Below are positions 1 through 6,011 of a stretch of DNA of 10,417 nt, one piece after another. The notes beneath the pieces are model-generated. The model made no database searches, was not told where the DNA came from, and saw only the letters and a list, made by a program, of their open reading frames with translations. Position 1 is the stretch's first letter, and every line of letters begins with the position of its first letter. Position numbers and translations under genes: made by a program. The DNA comes from Fidelibacterota bacterium (GTDB lineage: Bacteria; Fidelibacterota; Marinisomatia; Marinisomatales; S15-B10). The stretch is taken from NCBI GenBank assembly GCA_046861655.1, contig JBHIAI010000061.1:1-10417 (forward strand), read 5' to 3'.

Positions 1-491
1 CAGGTTGAGGTCGTAACGGAAATGTGCTCACCCTGGACGATCTGGGAATGGCAACTGGTACACCGGAGTTCCTTTCCCCTGCGGAGTTTGATAAGGTGGG
101 GCCGGTGGTCGAAGAGAATCCCTTCCTTGAAAGGTACGACTCCCTCCAGAAGGCTCTCCTCGTGACATCCGGAGCGCAGACAGCTTGCATCCTCGATTTC
201 CGCCCAGGGCTTGCTCTTCTTGTAGACACCGGTAAAATAGTTTACCACCATGGAAATGGCGGTGAACTTGCCCCTGACATGGGACTTCCAGCCGGGAGGG
301 TAATGGCAGTCGGTACAGGTAACCGATGAATGGGTGGACGTCTTCCAGGCCTCCACGTACGGCTCCATGTAATGACACGTGGAGCAAAAACCGGGACGGG
401 AGGTCCACTCAGCGGCGCCGTATAAGATGATACCGAGCAGCACAAGGCCGCCAAGAACGACCCCCGACCACCGGAGCAGGGTCTTATTCAT
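1..491 (-). CDS. NapC/NirT (NrfH-like) membrane-anchored multiheme cytochrome c, 3'-partial (runs off the window start)
   Basis: Not in the ORF track; translated by hand from ATG at 491: MNKTLLRWSGVVLGGLVLLGIILYGAAEWTSRPGFCSTCHYMEPYVEAWKTSTHSSVTCTDCHYPPG...SCLRSGCHEE...FDHRPHL...LRCTSCHSQIVQGEHISVTTST. It has an N-terminal TM helix, the NapC/NirT-type pattern TS.P.FC..CH.M....W..S.H..V.C.DCH, three CXXCH and one CX4CH, and no stop before position 1. Confidence 0.9.
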   Translation of the reverse strand, partial: MNKTLLRWSGVVLGGLVLLGIILYGAAEWTSRPGFCSTCHYMEPYVEAWKTSTHSSVTCTDCHYPPGWKSHVRGKFTAISMVVNYFTGVYKKSKPWAEIEDASCLRSGCHEESLLEGVVPFKEGILFDHRPHLIKLRRGKELRCTSCHSQIVQGEHISVTTST

Positions 492-554
492 GGTCCAACA
501 TCCCCTGCGTCCCGGCCGGTCAGACTGTGTCGCTCGTGGGAATGGCCCCCTCCA

Positions 555-1148
555 TCATTCATCCATGTCCGGAGGATACGGATGGGCGATCTGCTCCAGG
601 AATTCGTCGAACTTAAACCCCTTGAAGGTAGGGCTCTTTTCGTTGTGGCAACCCAAGCAGGTTTCTTCATCCGGCATCAACAAGCCGACTTCGGCCCTAT
701 CGAGGGTTCCTTCGTGAATCTCCTCCATGGTGGACTTGGACTTGTACGCACTCCCCGGACCGTGGCATGCCTCGCATCCAACCGCCTGCAGTCCTTCCAT
801 CCGTCTCACCGCCTTCCTGGCTTTCCTGTCTTCCGGATCCGGATTCCAGAAGGCCTCATCTTTGACCTCGTAACCGCCACTGTCATACCCCGTTGTGTGG
901 CACACCAGGCACTCCGGTGCCTCATGGGCCGGACCTTCCAACTTGATTCCTCTGGCAATCTCCGCTGCTTCCTCGGTCTTTAGTACCTCGAAGGCACCCG
1001 CATGAGCACTTGCTTCCCACACTTTGTACTGGGCGCCCTTCTTACTGCTGGAATGACAGATCTTGCACTTCCGGGAGCCCACGTATTCGAAATCCTGGGA
1101 CCAGGCGAGACCCCCTGTCATCAGAAGAATCACCAAGATCTTTGTCAT
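555..1148 (-). CDS. Periplasmic tetraheme cytochrome c, c554/c-prime-like family
   Basis: ATG at 1148 follows a strong RBS (AAGGAGGGATCT-ATG), so it is preferred over the track start at 1187. Signal peptide MTKILVILLMTGGLAWS; YVGS.KCKICH...W..S.HA pattern; four CXXCH (CKICH, CLVCH, CEACHGPGS, CLGCH). Confidence 0.88.
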   Translation of the reverse strand: MTKILVILLMTGGLAWSQDFEYVGSRKCKICHSSSKKGAQYKVWEASAHAGAFEVLKTEEAAEIARGIKLEGPAHEAPECLVCHTTGYDSGGYEVKDEAFWNPDPEDRKARKAVRRMEGLQAVGCEACHGPGSAYKSKSTMEEIHEGTLDRAEVGLLMPDEETCLGCHNEKSPTFKGFKFDEFLEQIAHPYPPDMDE

Positions 1149-1171
1149 AGATCCCTCCTTATGGTTTTGAT

Positions 1172-1663
1172 TCATCCCCCCAACCACTCGTCAATATCTT
1201 CCGGGTCGTGGCAGGCGGTGCACGCCCTGGTTTCCCCGGCTACTCCCCCGTCCAGATTCTCCCCGTGGCACCGGGCACAGTCCTCAAATCCCCGGCTCCG
1301 GGCCTGATTACCGTGAAAAACGGTGCTGTCGGGAGTCAATAACCACACCCTGGGATGAGGATGCCCGCTGGGTCCCCCTTCGTGACAGGTGTAGCAGGAG
1401 ACTCCACTGGTGCCTCCCTCGTAATCTTCCCCGTGGCATCCCTGGCATCCTCCGATTCCCGCGGATACAATCCTGGCCATGTGAGAATTGTCGTTGCCCG
1501 GATCCAGCCACGACCCTGGATGGACAGTGGGCTCCCCTTCCTCCGTACAACCCCCCGAAAGAATGAGAACCAGGGACAGCACAACAGTGCAAAATGGAAA
1601 GTGCAAATTGGAAAGTGCAGAATTATCCAGTATCCCTCGTGTTTTCACTTTTGCATTTTTCAT
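1172..1663 (-). CDS. Putative lipoprotein tetraheme cytochrome c
   Basis: Four CXXCH (CQGCH, CYTCH, CARCH, CTACH), with two similar units C..CHGE.[YL][ED]GG. Hydrophobic stretch VVLSLVLILSGG-C resembles a lipobox. Start is uncertain: ATG 1663 chosen because the track start at 1795 overlaps the upstream gene by about 100 nt. Confidence 0.82.
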   Translation of the reverse strand: MKNAKVKTRGILDNSALSNLHFPFCTVVLSLVLILSGGCTEEGEPTVHPGSWLDPGNDNSHMARIVSAGIGGCQGCHGEDYEGGTSGVSCYTCHEGGPSGHPHPRVWLLTPDSTVFHGNQARSRGFEDCARCHGENLDGGVAGETRACTACHDPEDIDEWLGG

Positions 1664-1683
1664 TTTACAATTTGCCTTTTGAA
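1588..1683. repeat. AT-rich inverted arrays of degenerate 7-bp tandem repeats
   Basis: 1588-1622: tgcaaaa tggaaag tgcaaat tggaaag tgcagaa. 1642-1683: ttttcac ttttgca tttttca ttttaca atttgcc ttttgaa, whose reverse complement gives similar units (tgcaaaa, tgaaaaa, tgtaaaa, ggcaaat). Confidence 0.75.
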
Positions 1684-1691
1684 ATGAGCCG

Positions 1692-2525
1692 TCAATGGCA
1701 CCGCAGACAGGTGCCCGTCTCCGGTTCATGACAGGCCAGGCACACCTCTGGTTCATCCAGAGCCGCAGCGGCGTGTCGCCCTCCATCCTCCACAATCCCG
1801 GGCAATCCCACCCAATCCGAAAGATTATGATCCATGGGCATCACCGGATTCTGCCTGTGGCAGTCCTGGCAATAGGTCCGAATCTCGTGACAGGTCGAAC
1901 AATCTGTGATGCCGCTGCGGGCGTCAAACCCGTGATTGAAAAGATAGGAAACCGGATGGATGTTTGCCTCAAATTGCTGAAGCTGGTGACAGTCGTCACA
2001 GGAGGCTTGAGTGTGACAGAGCATGCAGTTTTCTTCGGTAACCGGGTTCACCCGGGATCCATGAACCCACATCCAGTCCGCCATGTGATTATCCGGTCGG
2101 ACCGATGAATGGCATGACCGGCAACCGGCTTCCTCCCACACGGGGGGGGCGGCAAGACCGTCATCCGCATAAATGGTTCCGTGACAGTCACTACAATCGG
2201 GCCGTTTTGCCAGGTGAAAGAGGTGAGAAAATACCGGGCCCGATCTTGAGGGTCGCTCCCGGTAGGTCATGGGATTCTCCGGGTCGGCATGGCAGGCAGA
2301 ACATTCATCCGTGGCCAGATCCCCGTCATGGCATTCCAGACAAGATTCCTCTTCCGGCAGGAGACGGATATCCAGGGAAACGGATTCCTCGACCCCTTCG
2401 TGGCACTGGGTACACTCCAGTTCCATCTCTTCCACATGAAGCTGATGAGGAAAGATAATTCGGTCCCGCTCCTGGGCACTTAGGAGGAAAACGGATATCA
2501 ACATCCAAAGACTACAACGTCCCAT
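1692..2525 (-). CDS. Secreted 11-heme cytochrome c (cytochrome c3/c7-like repeats)
   Basis: Eleven CXXCH counted: CTQCH, CLECH, CSACH, CSDCH, CRSCH, CMLCH, CDDCH, CSTCH, CQDCH, CLACH, CLRCH-stop. c3-like F.H..H motifs (FPHQLH, FSHLFH) and P..H...[WY]...HG repeats. Signal-like N-terminus from ATG 2525, which overlaps the upstream gene's end by 14 nt. Confidence 0.9.
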   Translation of the reverse strand: MGRCSLWMLISVFLLSAQERDRIIFPHQLHVEEMELECTQCHEGVEESVSLDIRLLPEEESCLECHDGDLATDECSACHADPENPMTYRERPSRSGPVFSHLFHLAKRPDCSDCHGTIYADDGLAAPPVWEEAGCRSCHSSVRPDNHMADWMWVHGSRVNPVTEENCMLCHTQASCDDCHQLQQFEANIHPVSYLFNHGFDARSGITDCSTCHEIRTYCQDCHRQNPVMPMDHNLSDWVGLPGIVEDGGRHAAAALDEPEVCLACHEPETGTCLRCH

Positions 2526-3669
2526 GGATCGCCAGTCCGCCCCTCCCGTCAAGATCATAGTAGGGGTTTTTGTTCACCTGTCCAAACACCCGCACAACCA
2601 CCTTCTTCAGAGGATTCCACGAAAGCCAGCCGTACAGTCCAGTGGCCGTCCCGCCCGGGCGGGAGACAAGATCCCCGTAGTCCACGGCGTTTACAGTAAG
2701 CTGAACCCCCGAGGTAAGTGAAGAGAATATTTTCTGTTTGGTTCCCGCTCCGCCCCCGAACAGTCTCCTGTCTCCCTGGATTCCGGCCAGGGCTGTAAGC
2801 TGAAATCCCTTCACGGTCAGCGTACTTGAGACATAGGAGGCCGGATTGTCGCCCATCCGGTAAATGAGTTGATTCCACCAGGTGACGCTGCTACCCACTG
2901 GCGACATAGCACCCAGGGTTACCGCCGCAGGCACAACCGTTTTTTCCTTCACCCACGGGTAGGGGCGGGCAGTGGGCAGCCGTTTATTCCTGACGCCCAG
3001 CCTGAACCGCTGATTACCCACATTCGTTGACGCTGATAGACGAACATAGTGAAGGACATTATCGGCAAGATTCCAGGCCATGGCTGTCGAAATCCTTACC
3101 TTTCTCAGCACAACCCCGTTCCAGCTGGACCCCACGTACGACACCGTCCCCAGGGTGTCATGGTGACTCCAGGCAGTGACAGAAAAGTTCCTTCCAGGCT
3201 TTCCTTTTCCCCAGGAAACCAGAAAGAACGACCTCTTCGTGACCGACGTGTCGCTGAAGTCTGATACTGCTGGGAATCCCCCCAGAAGGGTCACCGATCC
3301 AAACCTCTCTGTATCCACTGTGTACTCCGCACCGTCAACCCGGGTCTGAACCAGCCCGCTCCAGTGGGTCATTCTTCCTGCTCTCAGGGTATGAGGTCCC
3401 ACGGTCAGTCGCGCCAGCATATCGTGTATTCGGAAAGGATTGCGAAATCGGAAATTCTCCGAGCCGTATTCGAAGTGGGTCTGCAGGCTCAGGATCGACC
3501 CGAAATTCTGCCTGTACTGTCCCCAGACTCGCCAGTGCACTGCAGTATCTGTGGAAACCATATGGAGCCGCGGTGTGATGATGGTGGAGGAAATGGAGAT
3601 TTCTGGTTCCTCCGCTCCAAGGACGGTGAGAAAAGCGAGAAGAGGGAGAACCCTTTCGGGTTTCGACAT
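2512..3669 (-). CDS. Putative outer-membrane beta-barrel (porin-like) protein
   Basis: About 385 aa with no Cys. Signal peptide MSKPERVLPLLAFLTVLGA (alternative starts 3693 and 3717). Many alternating amphipathic segments (VHWRVWGQYRQ, LSLQTHFEYG, TLRAGR..VDGAEYTV, VRISTAMAWN, GLYGWLSWN, VVVRVFGQVN) and a C-terminal strand GGLAIHGTL. First gene of the cytochrome run. The fold is inferred, not computed. Confidence 0.65.
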   Translation of the reverse strand: MSKPERVLPLLAFLTVLGAEEPEISISSTIITPRLHMVSTDTAVHWRVWGQYRQNFGSILSLQTHFEYGSENFRFRNPFRIHDMLARLTVGPHTLRAGRMTHWSGLVQTRVDGAEYTVDTERFGSVTLLGGFPAVSDFSDTSVTKRSFFLVSWGKGKPGRNFSVTAWSHHDTLGTVSYVGSSWNGVVLRKVRISTAMAWNLADNVLHYVRLSASTNVGNQRFRLGVRNKRLPTARPYPWVKEKTVVPAAVTLGAMSPVGSSVTWWNQLIYRMGDNPASYVSSTLTVKGFQLTALAGIQGDRRLFGGGAGTKQKIFSSLTSGVQLTVNAVDYGDLVSRPGGTATGLYGWLSWNPLKKVVVRVFGQVNKNPYYDLDGRGGLAIHGTL

Positions 3670-3968
3670 GGTGTTGGTGGACAGCAGTTTCATCCTGCTA
3701 TTCGCCTGCTCCAGCATCGCGTGGAGGCTGGTATACCCTCACCGGAAGTTCGGAAAATATTGAGGCATCCAAAAGAAGAATTCATGATATAGGCCTCTTC
3801 TATGACTCTTCCCAGATGGGACATCCTATCCTGTGTCTTTCAGGGATTCGTGGTTGAATTCCCTGGGGGCTCCATCGTAAGGGCCGAAGAAAGGCGCAGC
3901 GTTTGAGAAAAGTCGGATTGTACCATGGGGGGAAATTACGACCTGGACATGGATGGGCAAAGATATAC

Positions 3969-3982
3969 AGACCACCATATCC
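3969..3982 (-). promoter_or_regulatory. Candidate operator GGATA-N4-GGTCT (copy 1, upstream of the cytochrome operon)
   Basis: Plus strand agacc-acca-tatcc equals minus strand GGATA-TGGT-GGTCT. Half-sites are identical to the copy at 4212-4225. Quasi-palindromic, and lies next to the AT-rich TATATCTTTG on the minus strand. Confidence 0.4.
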
Positions 3983-4082
3983 TGTTTTTCGTTTGAATCC
4001 TCTTTCCCCAATCTGTAGCGCATACTGGGAAGTCCCTTTTCCACTACCCCATTTCTTATCCAAAGGAGCTCGGACGTAGGAA

Positions 4083-4154
4083 TTCTCCATTCCCTCGACC
4101 CTCGGACCCTCTATTCGTCCCATTGTCCATTTCTTCAGTTCTTCCATGTTCCAA
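4083..4154. repeat. Degenerate 8-bp periodic pyrimidine-rich tract (9 units)
   Basis: ttctccat tccctcga ccctcgga ccctctat tcgtccca ttgtccat ttcttcag ttcttcca tgttccaa. Confidence 0.5.
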
Positions 4155-4211
4155 TGGGCAGGTCCATCGAAAATCATTGATTCATTTACCGTTGGGACCT
4201 AATTTGCAAAT

Positions 4212-4225
4212 GGATAATAGGGTCT
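4212..4225 (+). promoter_or_regulatory. Candidate operator GGATA-N4-GGTCT (copy 2, upstream of the first Rrf2 gene)
   Basis: ggata-atag-ggtct lies between a -35-like TTGCAA (4204-4209) and AT-rich taataa (4226-4231), about 60 nt before the Rrf2 start, a typical autorepression position. Confidence 0.4.
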
Positions 4226-4283
4226 TAATAACGTTTATTTGGTTTCTTCTTCCCCTTCCGGAAAAGACCCTGAGGAGTCATCC

Positions 4284-4715
4284 ATGATTCTGAGCCGCTC
4301 ATCCGAATACGGCATCGAATTGGTGATATATCTTTTGACCCACGACGTACCGGAGTATGCCTCCTTAAGGACTATCTCAAGGGAGACGAACCTTTCGTTT
4401 CACTACTTGAGTAAGATTTCCCGGATGCTCACCCGACGGGATATCCTGATATCCTACCGGGGACCTCGGGGAGGTGTGGCTCTGGGAAGAACCCCGGACG
4501 AAATCACCCTGTTTGACATCGTTCATGCCATCGAGGGAGACGACCTTTTTGAAAAATGCGTCCTGAGGCCGGGCCCCTGTCGGGGGGAAGACCCCTGCTC
4601 AGTACACGAGCAGTGGCTGCCCATCCGCGACCAGATCCGTAGACTTTTTATGGAAACCAGTCTAGAATTCCTCCAGGACCACAGAGTGGTCCCCGAAAAC
4701 CAGAAAGAAGCCTGA
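4284..4715 (+). CDS. Rrf2-family transcriptional regulator, probably Fe-S binding
   Basis: ATG 4284 after RBS GAGGAG. MILSRSSEYGI start, winged-helix signature YLSKI...L....ILISYRGPRGGVALGR...EITLFDIVHAIEG, and C-X6-C-X5-C-X2-H (CVLRPGPCRGEDPCSVH). Confidence 0.93.
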   Translation: MILSRSSEYGIELVIYLLTHDVPEYASLRTISRETNLSFHYLSKISRMLTRRDILISYRGPRGGVALGRTPDEITLFDIVHAIEGDDLFEKCVLRPGPCRGEDPCSVHEQWLPIRDQIRRLFMETSLEFLQDHRVVPENQKEA

Positions 4716-4723
4716 GGATTCCC

Positions 4724-5290
4724 ATGACACAAAAACCGTCCCCTCCTCCCTCGTCCCATAAGCCTCGACCACCGCTGCTGAACCGGCTTCCCCAGGATCA
4801 TCTCATCGCCACCTTGATGAGGGAACATCAAGACATAGTCAAACTGCTGGATAGGCTCCGGACCCTGACAGAAAAGCTCGATTCCCTGGAATCTCCCCAG
4901 GACAATCCTGGTCTTCTGGACCGGCTGTCCGAAGTGACAGAGAATCTCCTGGAGGTGGAACTCCACCACGACCGCGAAGAAAAGATCCTCTTCCCGGCCC
5001 TAGAAAAACAGGGTATCACCGACTCTCCCTACGTCCTGAAAGAAGAACACCAGATCCTGCGCGATATGAAGACCAAGTTTCTTGAGGCCCTTAGCCAATC
5101 CAGAAAGAAGGATTTCCCTGCCGTAAAAGCCAGGCTGGGTTACTACGGCCGAAGCATCGACCGCCTGGTCCGAAAACATATCGAAACGGAAAACACCGTC
5201 CTTTTTCCCGCGGCACTGCAGGCCATCCAGGATGAAACCCGCTGGAAAAACCTGAAAGCCGAGAGTGAGAAACTGGGAAAAAAGGCTTGA
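4724..5290 (+). CDS. Hemerythrin-like (HHE cation-binding) domain protein
   Basis: RBS GAGGA before ATG. Two HHE-type repeats: LMREH...ELHHDREEKILFPAL and LKEEH...KHIETENTVLFPAA. Confidence 0.88.
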   Translation: MTQKPSPPPSSHKPRPPLLNRLPQDHLIATLMREHQDIVKLLDRLRTLTEKLDSLESPQDNPGLLDRLSEVTENLLEVELHHDREEKILFPALEKQGITDSPYVLKEEHQILRDMKTKFLEALSQSRKKDFPAVKARLGYYGRSIDRLVRKHIETENTVLFPAALQAIQDETRWKNLKAESEKLGKKA

Positions 5291-5306
5291 CTGCCCCTCA
5301 GGGCTC

Positions 5307-5765
5307 TTGTTAACTTTAATAAGATTTACGGGGGAATATGCCATCCAGGCCATGATCTACCTGGCCGAACAGGACTCCGATGAACCGATAATGATTGGCG
5401 AGATCGCCAAGGCCTACGGCATTCCCCAGCAGTTCCTCGCCAAGATCGTGCAGACGCTGGTCAAGCACCGCCTCATGGTCGCGGTCCGGGGTCGAAAAGG
5501 TGGGGTGAAACTGGCCCGGGATGCCTCGGAAATATACCTGCCTCAGATTGTGGCAGCCATCGAAGGTCCTGCGCCGGAGGAGGAACCCTGTGTGTTCGGC
5601 CTGGATGCCTGTTCTGACCAGGAGCCGTGTCCCCTTCACCACCAGTGGACAGTGATTCGGGACGAGATCCGCCATATGCTTGAGCATGAGGACCTGAAGA
5701 AATTGGCCAAACGCGTCAGTGAGAAGCACCTGGCCATGCAAAATATTCTTCCGGTCGAAGGTTAG
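5307..5765 (+). CDS. Second Rrf2-family transcriptional regulator (start uncertain)
   Basis: TGEYAIQAMIYLA, FLAKIVQTLVK, RGRKGGVKLAR, IVAAIEG and C-X6-C-X5-C-X2-H (CVFGLDACSDQEPCPLH). No ATG at the expected position; TTG 5307 chosen (alternatives GTG 5265, ATG 5352). Confidence 0.88.
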   Translation: MLTLIRFTGEYAIQAMIYLAEQDSDEPIMIGEIAKAYGIPQQFLAKIVQTLVKHRLMVAVRGRKGGVKLARDASEIYLPQIVAAIEGPAPEEEPCVFGLDACSDQEPCPLHHQWTVIRDEIRHMLEHEDLKKLAKRVSEKHLAMQNILPVEG

Positions 5766-5791
5766 TTCTTTTCGGCCGGACTGCTTCTTGA

Positions 5792-5929
5792 AAGTTGGTG
5801 CCCGGAAGGTGACCCTCTTAACTCACCTGCAAGCACCCCCCAGCATGTACTTGCCAACGCAGCTCCATCCGGGGGCGCCCGTCTTCGGGTGGAAACTGCG
5901 GACCTACATGTCACACCGGGCACCAACTT
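5792..5929 (-). ncRNA. Candidate structured non-coding RNA of unassigned family (multibranch fold, possible pseudoknot)
   Basis: Perfect 14-bp terminal inverted repeat aagttggtgcccgg (5792-5805) / ccgggcaccaactt (5916-5929), plus gtgac/gtcac. Internal stems 5829-5836/5847-5854, 5858-5867/5890-5900 and 5878-5881/5886-5889. Loop-loop complementarity 5837-5843/5869-5875. Strand inferred from G-U wobbles and is uncertain. Confidence 0.55.
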
Positions 5930-5951
5930 CATTTTTCTCCCTCAAAACAAC

Positions 5952-5979
5952 TTGATTTCATTCCCCGGACGCGTAAATT
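5952..5979 (+). promoter_or_regulatory. Putative sigma70-type promoter for yqeY-cvpA-dnaG
   Basis: TTGATT-N16-TAAATT, about 30 nt upstream of the YqeY start codon. Confidence 0.45.
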
Positions 5980-6011
5980 TTGTTGCGCGGAGGCCCACCC
6001 GCTGAGGCCAA

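Noticed and set aside
489..557. The c554-like TGA stop is in frame with the NapC-like ATG across 21 sense codons, suggesting readthrough or selenocysteine fusion
   Set aside because: A fusion would place the NapC heme domain on the cytoplasmic side after the TM helix. The TGA is not at a Cys-equivalent position, no convincing SECIS follows, and such in-frame gaps arise by chance in GC-rich DNA.
1692..3669. Assigning the names mtrA/mtrB
   Set aside because: Heme count, motif spacing and barrel size differ from MtrA/MtrB, so only functional analogy is supported.
24..3792. Plus-strand and alternate-frame ORFs over the cytochrome operon
   Set aside because: They are shadows of well-supported genes and carry no family motifs.
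3819..3831. GGACA-N3-TATCC as a third operator copy
   Set aside because: The spacer is 3 rather than 4 nt, so it is not counted without binding data.
3800..4177. 125-aa minus-strand ORF in the divergent intergenic region
   Set aside because: No recognisable motif or RBS, atypical composition, and it overlaps the octamer tract and a candidate operator. Probably spurious, though not excluded.
4177..4190. TTGAT half-site suggesting an FNR/Crp box
   Set aside because: The second half (TTACC) does not match ATCAA.
5792..5929. Retron msr-msd or IS/MITE interpretation of the terminal inverted repeat
   Set aside because: No reverse transcriptase or transposase is in the window and no target-site duplication is evident. 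It is kept as a candidate ncRNA instead.
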